Source: an uncultured delta proteobacterium (GTDB lineage: Bacteria > Myxococcota > Kuafuiibacteriia > Kuafuiibacteriales > Kuafuiibacteriaceae). Taken from it: a DNA stretch of 64,000 bases. Position 1 is the first letter of the stretch. Every line of letters begins with the position of its first letter. Under the pieces are notes generated by a model that was given only the letters and a program-made list of their open reading frames with translations, did not search any database and was not told where the DNA came from. Shown piece after piece: positions 19,653 to 29,143 of this stretch. The stretch lies in contig CAWDML010000009.1 in the NCBI GenBank assembly GCA_963803435.1, forward strand, positions 832,001-896,000, read 5' to 3'. A program made the position numbers and the translations under genes.

Positions 19653-20420
19653 TCAACGCTTCGGCTTCTTTCGCCCGCGAATGACCTTTCCGGAGGCCAC
19701 CAGCTCCCGCAGCGCGCGCTCCATCTCCTGGCCGAAGATCAAGCGGAGGGCCTCCTGGCTGGTGGGGCGAAGGGCCCGGAAGGCGGCCTCGAGATCGTTC
19801 GCCTCGGCGTGCTCGAAGAAGTACGTGGTGAGATCACGCGCCGCCCGCGCGGCGTGCTTCCGGATGATCTGGGCGCTCTTGGCGGCCGTCTCCAGATCAA
19901 CGCCGGCGGCCTCGAGGCGGATGGCGATCTGCAGCAAACCCGGGCTGGGGATCAGGAGCGCGTCGGCCTCGCGCCGGACCAGCTTCAGGCGGAGGAGCTC
20001 GGCGAGCACGCCGGGGCGGCGGCCGCCGATGCGATCGTAGAGCTGCTGCTCGTCCACCACCTGCGGGCTGTCGTCGACCCAGGGCGCACCGAGCTGGGCC
20101 TCGAGCCCGAGCCACTCGTTCAGGTCGAGCTCCCCCTTGTCGATCTTCTGGAGCAGGTCGCAGATCGCCTTCATCTGGAGGCCGCGATCCTGGAGGTCGG
20201 CGACCAGCGCCAGGCGTTCCAGGTGCGAGGGGTCGTAGTACGCCACGCGTCCCCGGATCTGAGGCTTCGGGAGCGCACCCGCGGACTGATAGAAGCGGAT
20301 CGTTCGGCTCGGAACCCGGCTGGCGGCCGCGAGCTCGTCGATCGTGTACTCCTTGCCCACTTCGGGTTTCGTCATCGCGTCGGCCGGCGAGCCTAGCGCA
20401 CTCTCGGTCGACGTGCTCAC
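19653..20420 (-). CDS. MerR-family transcriptional regulator
   Basis: YTIDELAAASRVPSRTIRFYQSAGALP...RVAYY...GLQMKAI. Start either GTG 20420 (GTGA overlap with desaturase stop) or ATG 20375. Confidence 0.88.
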   Translation of the reverse strand: MSTSTESALGSPADAMTKPEVGKEYTIDELAAASRVPSRTIRFYQSAGALPKPQIRGRVAYYDPSHLERLALVADLQDRGLQMKAICDLLQKIDKGELDLNEWLGLEAQLGAPWVDDSPQVVDEQQLYDRIGGRRPGVLAELLRLKLVRREADALLIPSPGLLQIAIRLEAAGVDLETAAKSAQIIRKHAARAARDLTTYFFEHAEANDLEAAFRALRPTSQEALRLIFGQEMERALRELVASGKVIRGRKKPKR

Positions 20421-21526
20421 GCCGCGGTCCTCAGGGCGCGGGGAACGCTGAGCGCGGCGACCCGCTCGAGCGCACGCCGGAGCGTCTTGGGCCAGGAGCT
20501 CGTCCGATAGGGTACGCCGTGCTCCTCGCAGACGGCGCGTACCTCGGTTGCGATCTCGCGGAGGCGCTGCGGCGGCAGTTTGGGGAAGAGGTGGTGTTCG
20601 ATCTGGCGATCGAGCCCGCCGCAGAGGACCGAGATCGGCCAGCTGACCTCGAAGTCGTTGCTGGCTTCGACCTGCATCGCGTACCACTCGCCGCGACTGT
20701 GGGCCCGCGTGCCCTCCTCGTAGGCGGAGACGTCCGCGCCGACGTGGCCGCAGTAGATGGTGGCGGCGAGGTAGATGTCGCGCATGACCTCGGCGAGCCA
20801 GTTGCCGAGAAGGACCTTCCCGAAGAAGGGCCCGGCGAGGGTCGGAAACAGGAGGTAGTTCTTCAGGTAGTACGGGACGTACTTTCTCAGCGCCCGTCGG
20901 TGGGCCTCCACGATGCTTCGCACCGAGCGATCGTCGAGGAAGTCGAGCTGGTCCGGTCGTCCGTTTCCGAAGTACACGTCGATGAGCCCGGTGAAGTGGG
21001 CGTTCATCACGAACGTGAAGTTCGGAAAGATGGTCGCCAGCGAGAACGGGAGCTGGAAGTAGTGGACCGCCCGATGAGGCGTCTCGTCGGTGAGGCGGAC
21101 CTGGCCGAAGTGGATGTCCGGGTCGCGACCGGCCACGTTCGTGTACTGGTGGTGACGAACGTTGTGGCCTTGGCGCCAGGAGGGCTCGTCGATCGGGATG
21201 TCCCAGCGGAAGGTCTTCGACTGGAAGTCCTCCGCGTGCTCGAGCCCGTCGTAGGTGCCGTGAAGCACGGTGTGGCCGATCTCGGCGGCCTGGAGCTGTT
21301 TGTGGATCCAGAGGGCGCCCACGCCGGCCGAGAAGCTGACCGGCTCGAGGCTGAAGTGGATCAGGAGTCGCCCGACCACCTCCATCGTCCGGGAGAAGTT
21401 GTTGATCCTGCGGACGTAATCCACGTCGTCCGACCCGACCTCCGACTCGACGCGGGTCCGGATCCGGTCGAGCGCCTCCCCGAATCGGCGGAGGTCGATG
21501 GTATCGTGTGCACTGGAGCATTGCAT
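20417..21526 (-). CDS. membrane fatty acyl-CoA desaturase (DesA3-like)
   Basis: Histidine boxes EIGHTVLHG, HNVRHHQYTN, QIEHHLFP. Confidence 0.9.
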   Translation of the reverse strand: MQCSSAHDTIDLRRFGEALDRIRTRVESEVGSDDVDYVRRINNFSRTMEVVGRLLIHFSLEPVSFSAGVGALWIHKQLQAAEIGHTVLHGTYDGLEHAEDFQSKTFRWDIPIDEPSWRQGHNVRHHQYTNVAGRDPDIHFGQVRLTDETPHRAVHYFQLPFSLATIFPNFTFVMNAHFTGLIDVYFGNGRPDQLDFLDDRSVRSIVEAHRRALRKYVPYYLKNYLLFPTLAGPFFGKVLLGNWLAEVMRDIYLAATIYCGHVGADVSAYEEGTRAHSRGEWYAMQVEASNDFEVSWPISVLCGGLDRQIEHHLFPKLPPQRLREIATEVRAVCEEHGVPYRTSSWPKTLRRALERVAALSVPRALRTAA

Positions 21527-21545
21527 GATGAGCCACCAATAACCG

Positions 21546-21564
21546 TAACAGTAAGCGCTGTCAA
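21546..21564 (-). promoter_or_regulatory. -35 box with overlapping palindromic operator for desaturase-MerR operon
   Basis: Minus strand TTGACA; plus strand dyad TAACAG-N6-CTGTCA in an AT-rich patch. Confidence 0.55.
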
Positions 21565-21612
21565 CAATGCTCGGAGACACAGCCTTGCACAGGCCGCCGG
21601 GACGGTGGTCCA

Positions 21613-22503
21613 ATGCGGAAGCGGTCGATGGAGGGGAACCGACCCAGTGCGCGCACGCTCCTCTTGCGCGCGCGCGACCTCCTGCTGGAGTCACCGGCCT
21701 GGCTCGACTACATCCGCGCGGTCTACGGCGTCGATCCGGGCGACCACCCGTTCCTCAGCTACGTCGGGCTCAACTTCACGAGAGAGACGATCAAGAACTT
21801 CAAGTTCTACTTCTCGTTCTTCCGCCGACTCTCGGAGGGAGAGGTCGAGGCGTTGCTTCCGGTCCCCGATCGGGGTCGATTCGACGAGCTCTACGCCCGC
21901 TGGCACCCGAGCCGCAGGTACGAGGCGATCCATCGGGGCACGACCTTCGCCGTCAAGGTCGACGCAGACGGGACGCTCACTCACTACTATCACCTCCGGC
22001 TGGCCGGCCTTCCGTTCGGCCCTCCCGAGCGTCTCACGCTCGCGGCCGGCGATCGCGACAACTACCACGGTGCCTGCGAGGAGTTCACGGGCGACCGCGT
22101 GCAGCTCAAGCGCTACTACTATTGTCGAGACCCGGGGACGATCGCCGAGTCGCTCGCGCGGGCCGGGCTCACCGGCGTCGCCGATCAGGTCCCCCGGATC
22201 GAATGGCTCGAGTACATCGAGTCGGACGGACGGGACAAGACGGCGTGGATCACCGGGAGCCCGCTCGTCATCCAGGCGCTGATCGATCAGCACGGTCCTG
22301 CGCGGCTCGGTCCGGGGCTGTCGAAGATCTGCTACGACTGCAGCTTCGAGCTGTTCGGGCCGGGCTCGGCGCGCGACGGATCCGATCACTCGATCTACTT
22401 CATTCAGCCGATCGGTCCGCTCAGCAGGGGCGGATATGTCTTCGACGGCGTGCATCGCTTCGCGACGCATCACCTGAAGCTGGCGCGCTTCCCGTCGCGA
22501 TAG
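21613..22503 (+). CDS. hypothetical protein, possible ABBA (PT-barrel) prenyltransferase-like fold
   Basis: Five apparent beta-hairpins with K/R-x-Y motifs (FKFYF, LKRYYY, SIYF); fold is inference only. Confidence 0.55.
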   Translation: MRKRSMEGNRPSARTLLLRARDLLLESPAWLDYIRAVYGVDPGDHPFLSYVGLNFTRETIKNFKFYFSFFRRLSEGEVEALLPVPDRGRFDELYARWHPSRRYEAIHRGTTFAVKVDADGTLTHYYHLRLAGLPFGPPERLTLAAGDRDNYHGACEEFTGDRVQLKRYYYCRDPGTIAESLARAGLTGVADQVPRIEWLEYIESDGRDKTAWITGSPLVIQALIDQHGPARLGPGLSKICYDCSFELFGPGSARDGSDHSIYFIQPIGPLSRGGYVFDGVHRFATHHLKLARFPSR

Positions 22504-22535
22504 CGGCGGTGTGCGCCAGATGTTAGATCGCGGCC

Positions 22536-24089
22536 GTGCGTCCGCCGTTCGACATCGGTCCGCGGCGGACGCTGGCGCGGATCGCGCTGTATGCGTTCTT
22601 GATCTCTCCCGCACTCATCCCGGTCGTCTGTCCGTATCCGCCGTTTCAGGACTGGGCGGCCCACGCCGGCCTCATCGGCCTGCTGGCGCGGGCGGGCGAC
22701 CCGGCCACCCGGATCGCGGGGAGCTTCGAGTACGTCGGTGCCCTCAAGCTGAACTGCCTCATCTATCTCACCGGCGCGGCCGCCGCGAAGGTGGTGTCGC
22801 CGTTCGTGGCGGCGAACCTGGTCCTGGGGCTCTCGCTCGGGTCGCTGGGACCCGCCGTGGCCGGGCTCTGTCGCGTCCTCCGCGCCGACGAGCGGGCCGC
22901 CGTCCTGGCCGTTCCGATCGCGATCGGGCGACACGTCTACTGCGGTTTCATCACCGACGCGGCTGCGCTCACGCTGTTCGTGGTGGTGTTCGCGCTGGCG
23001 CTGCGCGTCTTGCGGCGCCCGTCGCGTTGGCCGTGGGGCGCGGCCCTGGTGGTGACGAGCGTGCTCTCGAGCCTCGCGCACGGCTTCATCCATCTGGCGG
23101 CGGCGGGCCTGCTCGCCGTGCTGATCGCACGGTACGCGATGGACCCGCGCCGCCGGAAGCGAACGGTCTGGCCGGCCCTGGCGCTCCTGATCTCGCTGGG
23201 GGTGTTCGCGCTGCTCTACGCGCAGGGCACCGGATACTACGGCGAGCGCACCTCGACCACGGCGCTCGAGGCGATCGTCACGGCGATCGGGGCGCCGCGA
23301 TCGGAGCAGGAGACGTTCTGGCGCTGGCTCTTTGCCTTCCGCCCCCGGAGCCGCCTCGACGACGGGCTTCAGGTTGCGTGGTGCCTGGTGGTGATCGTCT
23401 GGCTGGTGCGCTCGTGGGCACGACGGCGGCGGCGCATCGCGGTCTCGCCCGCCGCCGACGTCGCGCTCTTGGTCCTCGTGACCTGGGTGACGTACCTGAT
23501 CCTGCCGACGTACATCGGCGCGCCGCTCCATTGGTGGGCGGCGGATCTCCGGCTGCCTCCCATCATCGTGTTGTTGCCACTCGCGTTGCTCCGACCGCGA
23601 CCGCGCTGGCCGGGCGCAGCGCTCGCGGCCGCCGCGCTGGTGGTCTCGTTCGCGGTGCTGGCGGACTGCCTGGTGGAGCTGCGGCGCTGGGATCGCGAGG
23701 AGATGGACGGCTTCTCGGAGGTCGTCGACAGCGTCCCCCAGGGGCGGCTGATCTCCACGCTCATCCCCCACCTCGACAGCGACTATCCGGGTGAGCCCGA
23801 GTTCTACTTCACGAACTACTACCTGCTCCGGCGCGGGGGGCCGGTCCCGGGCACGTTCACCGATCGGGCGGATTGGCCGTACCGCAGGCGGTCCAACGTT
23901 CCCGAGCACGGGTGGGGTCACCTGCACTCGTTCCGGCCGTCCGAGCACGTCCCCCTGTACGACGGCTTCATCGTCCGTTTCCAGCGCACGCCGGTCCTGC
24001 CCGGGCCGTTCGGCGCCCTGGCCGGCACGCTCCGGGTCGTCACCACCCGCGGGCACTGGGCCTACGTCGAGCGCGCAGGCCACCGCTGA
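22536..24089 (+). CDS. polytopic membrane protein, probable GT-C glycosyltransferase
   Basis: YPPFQDWAAH after the first TM helix, many TM helices, AHGF, soluble C-terminal domain. Confidence 0.65.
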   Translation: MRPPFDIGPRRTLARIALYAFLISPALIPVVCPYPPFQDWAAHAGLIGLLARAGDPATRIAGSFEYVGALKLNCLIYLTGAAAAKVVSPFVAANLVLGLSLGSLGPAVAGLCRVLRADERAAVLAVPIAIGRHVYCGFITDAAALTLFVVVFALALRVLRRPSRWPWGAALVVTSVLSSLAHGFIHLAAAGLLAVLIARYAMDPRRRKRTVWPALALLISLGVFALLYAQGTGYYGERTSTTALEAIVTAIGAPRSEQETFWRWLFAFRPRSRLDDGLQVAWCLVVIVWLVRSWARRRRRIAVSPAADVALLVLVTWVTYLILPTYIGAPLHWWAADLRLPPIIVLLPLALLRPRPRWPGAALAAAALVVSFAVLADCLVELRRWDREEMDGFSEVVDSVPQGRLISTLIPHLDSDYPGEPEFYFTNYYLLRRGGPVPGTFTDRADWPYRRRSNVPEHGWGHLHSFRPSEHVPLYDGFIVRFQRTPVLPGPFGALAGTLRVVTTRGHWAYVERAGHR

Positions 24090-24152
24090 GCAGCGCAACG
24101 AAACGCTACGTCCTTCGTGGACTCGATCGGCCGGCTCCCGTGTCTCACTGCC

Positions 24153-24578
24153 ATGCAGGTTGAGAAGAGCCAGGGCTGGTACACCCGCTTCACGCCCGGT
24201 CCGCCCAACATCGTCCTGGTAGGTGAAAGTGACCTAATTCGGGACATCATCGCCGGCGGGCTGCGGGACGCCGAGTACGAGGTCGCCGTCGCCAGCATCG
24301 ACGAGGTCGAGGCCGAGCTCCCGCTCCCGGGCACCGCCGGGGGTCTGCCGTCGATCGACCTCCTGGTCGTCGAGGCGACCGGCGCGCCGCGGGAGGCCCT
24401 CGCCTTGATCGAGGAGGTCCGCGCGATCGACACGGAGATCCCCATCGTGGTGCTGGCCAGCGAGGCCGTCTACTTCGACCTTTGGCCCCATACCGCAGAC
24501 CTCGGCGTGCTCGCCTGCTTCACCTTGCCCGTCGACCTGCGCGCGTTCGTGGCGATCATGGGCGAGCTCGTCCCCTGA
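24153..24578 (+). CDS. degenerate receiver-domain protein
   Basis: IVLVGESD...DLLVVE...IPIVVLA...LPVDL; phosphoacceptor Asp and conserved Lys replaced. Confidence 0.6.
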   Translation: MQVEKSQGWYTRFTPGPPNIVLVGESDLIRDIIAGGLRDAEYEVAVASIDEVEAELPLPGTAGGLPSIDLLVVEATGAPREALALIEEVRAIDTEIPIVVLASEAVYFDLWPHTADLGVLACFTLPVDLRAFVAIMGELVP

Positions 24579-24629
24579 CCCGGGTCGGCAACACTTCGTA
24601 GCAATCAAATCGATGGGACACGTGTTGGA

Positions 24630-25331
24630 GTGTCGCAAGTGGGCGCCGTCGACATTCTCATCGTGGAGGATGACGAGAAGCTGGCGGGTTTGCTCCTCGA
24701 GTTTCTCACTCAGGAGCGCTTTCATTGCGCGGCTTGCAGCCGCGGGGATGAGGCCATCGAGCGCATCGCCGCGGACAACCCGAAGGTGGTGCTGCTCGAC
24801 GTGATGCTTCCGGGGATCGACGGCATGGAGGTCTGTCGCCGGGTCCGCGGCGTGTTCGGGGGGGCCATCTTGATGCTGACGGCGCGAAAGAGCGACTCGG
24901 ACGAGATCCTCGGCCTCGATCTGGGCGCGGACGACTACGTGACGAAGCCGGTGTACCCGCGGACGCTGCTGGCGCGGATCAAGAACCTGCTTCGTCGCAC
25001 CAGCGAGACGGCGTCGCCCGACCTCGGCTTCGAGCGGACGGTCGGCGATCTCTACCTTCACTGGCGGACGAAGGAGGCCCGCGTGGGGAGCGAGGTCGTG
25101 TCGCTGACTCCGACCGAGTTCCTGATCCTCTGGATGCTCGCCGATCATCCCGGTGAAGTGGTCACGCGCGACGCGCTCTATCGGCGCGCCCTCAACGTCG
25201 AGTACGACGGGCTTGATCGGGGCATCGACATCCACATCTCGCGCATCCGACACAAGCTCGAGTCGAGCGGATTGAGCGCCTCCGTGATCCGATCGATCCG
25301 CGGATCCGGATACGTCCTGGCGATCGGGTGA
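24630..25331 (+). CDS. OmpR-family response regulator
   Basis: ILIVEDD, LLDVMLP, MLTA, GADDYVTKP, LTPTEF, DRGIDIHISRIRHKL, IRSIRGSGY. Confidence 0.95.
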   Translation: MSQVGAVDILIVEDDEKLAGLLLEFLTQERFHCAACSRGDEAIERIAADNPKVVLLDVMLPGIDGMEVCRRVRGVFGGAILMLTARKSDSDEILGLDLGADDYVTKPVYPRTLLARIKNLLRRTSETASPDLGFERTVGDLYLHWRTKEARVGSEVVSLTPTEFLILWMLADHPGEVVTRDALYRRALNVEYDGLDRGIDIHISRIRHKLESSGLSASVIRSIRGSGYVLAIG

Positions 25332-26631
25332 TGCGCAGCCTGTATCTCAAGATCGCGCTGATCGTGCTGGTGGCCTTCGTGCTGAGCTTCGTGATCGTGC
25401 GGCTGGGCCTCCCGCACCTGGGCCCGCCCCGGATGAAGATGAGGAACGGTCTGGGCTGGGTGGCTGCCGAGCTCGAGCGCGCGACCCCGAGCGAGCGCCC
25501 GGCGCTGCTCGCCCGGGCGCGGAACAGCTTCGGGGTCGGGCTGACGCTCGAGAGCCGGGCGGCGCTGGCGAAGAGGGCGTCGCTCCCCGCCGCCGGTCCC
25601 GGGATGTTTACAGCGCCCAGGGGGACGTTCGTCTTCGCGCCGCTCGACGGCGGCGCGCAGTACCTGGTCGCCGGTCCGATGCCGGGCGCGCAGCCGCCGC
25701 GCGAGGGCGCCCGCCTGGTCCTGCTGCTCTCGCTGTTCCTCTGGCTTTCGCTGCTCTCGGCGCTCCTGATCGCGCTCCCGATCACCCGCCGACTCCGGCG
25801 CCTCCAGCGGGCCACGCAGGCGTTGAGCCGAGGCAACCTCGACGTGCGCGTCGACGAGAGCTCGGCCGACGTGGTGGGCGAGCTGGCGGCGAGCTTCAAC
25901 GCGATGGCGGCGCGCCTCGAGGATCTCTTCCGCCAGCGCGAGCAGCTGCTGCAGGCGGTCTCACACGAGATCGGGACGCCGCTGGCGCGGATCCGTTTTC
26001 ACCTCGAGGCGCTCGAAGGGACGCTGCTCGATCGGGCGGGCCGCGAGCGGCTGCGGGCCCTCGATCAAGAGGTGACGGAGATCGATCAGCTGTCGGCCGA
26101 GCTCTCCAGCTGGATCGACGCGGACGGCCGTGAGCCATCGATCGGAGCGGTGCCGCTGGCGGAGGTGGTCCAGACGCTCGTCGAGCAGGAGCGGGCCCTC
26201 GCCGGCGAGGCGAAGACGATCGACCTGAGCCTGGAGGGAGACGACGCGCTCGCGGTCAGCGCGGATCGCCGCCAGCTGGAGCGTGCGCTCAGCAACCTCA
26301 TCCGCAACGCCGCCCGGCACGCGCGCCGGGCCGTGGTGGTGTCGGCGAGCCGGGAGGGATCGATGATCCGCCTGGAGGTTCGCGACGACGGGCCGGGCAT
26401 TCCGCCGTCGGAGCGACGCCGCGTGTTCGAACCGTTCAGTCGACTCGACTCGAGCCGCTCCCGGCGGGGCGGAGGGATGGGCCTGGGCCTCGCGATCACC
26501 GAGCGCATCCTCCGTGGGCACGGCGCGTCGGTGGTGATCGAGGAGGCGTTCGAGGGGGAGCGGCCTTCGTCGTGCGCTGGCCCGCCAGCGGCGTCGCGCT
26601 CGACGCGCCTAGCGACCGATGGAGTCGATGA
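25328..26631 (+). CDS. HAMP sensor histidine kinase (apparent frameshift near 26555)
   Basis: Two TM helices, HAMP, SHEIGTP, NLIRNA, DDGPGI, GMGLGLA. One extra G in the G-run at ~26554-26558 restores the typical end GGAAFVVRWP and a stop at 26631. Confidence 0.88.
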
Positions 26632-27736
26632 TACCCTTGGCGGTCTGGTTGTACTTGTCGATGATCTGCCGAAGCATGTCGAACATCTGAGAGCGCTTGT
26701 CGATCATGCGCTTGAGCTTCATCGTCTCGACGTCGATCGAGGGTGAGTCGGTCCCGCTGCCGGTGATGGTCGTGCCCGTGCCGGCCGCGAGCCCGGCGGC
26801 CTGCCCGCCGATGCCGCCGCGGGCGGCCTGCTGCTGCTGGATCGAGTTGATGTACTGAGCCTGACGCTCGATGTCCTGGTCCATCTTGTTCATGATCAGC
26901 ATGATCAAGAGGGTGACCTTGTCCTCGACGGTGAGCGAAGGATCCGCCAGCAGGTTCGCGGTGTCCGCCTGGTGGGCGGCCTCGTAGGAGGGGTTGGTGT
27001 TGTTGATCAGACCCGGCATCGCGTTCGGGTTCCAGGAGCCGTAGCCCTGTCCGCCCATCGCGCCGCTGTTGTCGTAGGCGCCGGCTCCGTACACGTTCGA
27101 GAAGCCGGCCGCGGCGTAGCCAAAGTAGCCGCCGCCGCCCGATTCGAGCATCGCGAGCTGCCCGGCCTGTTGCATGATGGCCTGATCCATCCCGAAGAGC
27201 GCTCCGAAGATCGAGCCCTGCATCGGGTTCATCGAGACGCCGACCGCCGAGGGCTGATAGCCGGTGGCGTAGCGCTGGATGCTGAGCACGCCGTCGTTGT
27301 TCATGCCGGACGCGATGACGTTTCCGCCCACGCGTGCCTCGAACTGCGCGCGCGCCAGCGCGTTCGTGTCGAGCAGGCGCTCGAAGCCAGCCGCGCGTCG
27401 CCGTCGCGGGTTCATGGCCTCGCGCATGAAGTCGAGGTTCTCGGCGTTCGTGTCCAGGGTCGCCGCCTCGCTGCCTGCATAGCCGCACCGACAGAAGGGA
27501 AGGTTGGTGGCGTAGGCCTCCATCGGGATCGGGGTGCCGAACGCGTCCGGGATACCGCCCGCGGTGGTGAGACGCTCGAGGTCGCGGAGCCCGAGCCCGC
27601 GCGCGGTCGACACGTAGCTTTCGTAGAGCTTCGAGAGCGACCGCGTGGGCCTCCCCGTCAGCCCGTCGACGGAGATGTCGAGCTGGGGCAACGCAAAGTC
27701 GTTGACGACGGTTCCGGTGACGTTGATGGCGACCAT
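26609..27736 (-). CDS. hypothetical Gly/Gln/Met-rich protein with type III needle/translocator-like C-terminal helix
   Basis: GAAAGGA RBS; low-complexity middle; ends LKRMIDKRSQMFDMLRQIIDKYNQTAKGIIDSIGR; no signal peptide. The ORF is solid, the function is inferred. Confidence 0.6.
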   Translation of the reverse strand: MVAINVTGTVVNDFALPQLDISVDGLTGRPTRSLSKLYESYVSTARGLGLRDLERLTTAGGIPDAFGTPIPMEAYATNLPFCRCGYAGSEAATLDTNAENLDFMREAMNPRRRRAAGFERLLDTNALARAQFEARVGGNVIASGMNNDGVLSIQRYATGYQPSAVGVSMNPMQGSIFGALFGMDQAIMQQAGQLAMLESGGGGYFGYAAAGFSNVYGAGAYDNSGAMGGQGYGSWNPNAMPGLINNTNPSYEAAHQADTANLLADPSLTVEDKVTLLIMLIMNKMDQDIERQAQYINSIQQQQAARGGIGGQAAGLAAGTGTTITGSGTDSPSIDVETMKLKRMIDKRSQMFDMLRQIIDKYNQTAKGIIDSIGR

Positions 27737-27830
27737 GAAAATCCTTTCCGAGGTCGTGCGGGGCGTTGGATCGCAAATAGCATAGTCGATCCGCAGGCGT
27801 TTGCGCGCCCCGAAACACTTCGCAACCGCT

Positions 27831-28928
27831 TTAGCGCAGCGCGGCGAGGACCAGCAGGACGACGGAGATCACAATGAGGGCCCCCGCCGTGAGTAAACCC
27901 CATCCGAGGCGCCGAGGCGGGGGCCGTTCGACCGGGAGGTCGATGGAGCCGCCCCGGGTGACGTCCGAGAACGACATCTGTCGCTCGGCCGGGGCATGGG
28001 CGGCGACCAGCCCGTCACGGTGGAGCGAGACCATCGGCCAGCCGCTGGTCTGTGCCTGCGCGAGCATCCGGATCGCGCTGCGCGGGTCGAGGCCGCCCTG
28101 CGTGAGGAGGAAGATGTTGATCGCGTCGCCCATCTCGCGCGCGCTCTGGAAGCGATCCGCGGGATGGTCGGCGATCGCGCGGAGCAGGATGTCCTGGAAC
28201 GATCCGGGGACGTGGAACCGTTTGGAGAGCGATTCGCGAAGATCGTGCATGCCTTTCTCGAGGAGCTCCGGGCTCCAATGCAGGAGCCGGCCGGTCACCA
28301 TGTAGAGCATCAGGTAACCGAGGGAAAAGACGTCGGTGCGCTGATCGAGCGGGGCGCGGGCGATGAACCACTCGGGCGCGTTGAAGGAGTCGTCGTGGCC
28401 GGGCACCGGGGTCTGGAGGTCCCGCGGATCGAGCTCGGTGCCGAACCGCAGCAGCTTCACGCCTCCGTCCTCGGTGAGGAACACGTGATCGGGACAGATC
28501 GCCAGGTGGAGCGCGCCGAGCTCGAGGCCGGTGTCGTCGACGGCGGTGTGGATCTCTTGCAGCGCCTCGGCGATCGCGCGTCCGATGACGGCGGTCGTCG
28601 AGACGTCGAGGCCCTGGCGATCCCGGATGATGCGCCGAACGTCGCAGCCTTCCAGGTACTCCATCGCGATGAATGGCGCGCCGTCGGCCTCGCCGCTGTC
28701 GACCGCCCGCACCAGGTGCTCGTGTCGGACCAGGAGCCCGATCCGGGCCTCCCGAGTGAAGCGGCGGCGGTGGGACTCTTCGAACGACAACTCGCGCTTG
28801 AGCACCTTGATCGCGAGCTTCGACTGAGTCTGTCGACCCGATCGCCGCGCGACGAAGAGCTCCGACGATTCTCCACTCGCGAGGGAGTGGACGATCTCGT
28901 ACGGGCCGAGGGTGCCCAGGGCCTTCAT
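27831..28928 (-). CDS. Hanks-type Ser/Thr pseudokinase with C-terminal TM helix
   Basis: LAIKVL, RFTREA, IAMEYLEG, APE, TDVFSLG present; HRD replaced by HLA and DFG by RFG. Confidence 0.85.
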   Translation of the reverse strand: MKALGTLGPYEIVHSLASGESSELFVARRSGRQTQSKLAIKVLKRELSFEESHRRRFTREARIGLLVRHEHLVRAVDSGEADGAPFIAMEYLEGCDVRRIIRDRQGLDVSTTAVIGRAIAEALQEIHTAVDDTGLELGALHLAICPDHVFLTEDGGVKLLRFGTELDPRDLQTPVPGHDDSFNAPEWFIARAPLDQRTDVFSLGYLMLYMVTGRLLHWSPELLEKGMHDLRESLSKRFHVPGSFQDILLRAIADHPADRFQSAREMGDAINIFLLTQGGLDPRSAIRMLAQAQTSGWPMVSLHRDGLVAAHAPAERQMSFSDVTRGGSIDLPVERPPPRRLGWGLLTAGALIVISVVLLVLAALR

Positions 28929-29143
28929 GAATCCGGCGACGGACCCTACGCAACTTCGGCCGATCCTTCAACGGACGAACGTGTCCACCAGGACCGCGCA
29001 CCCACGGGTGCTTCGTCCACATGCGCGCGAGACGTCCCCTCACAACGCAGGTTCGTCGGAGGTCTGGCCCTCGGGGCCGAAACCTCTCGATGACGCGCGC
29101 CTCGTAAGCGAACCCGCCCAACACATGTCGCAGGATTCGCGTC

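Noticed and set aside
19653-21539. 628-aa ORF suggesting a long N-terminal extension on MerR
   Set aside because: The first ~370 aa are an alternative frame of the desaturase gene; MerR homology starts near 20375.
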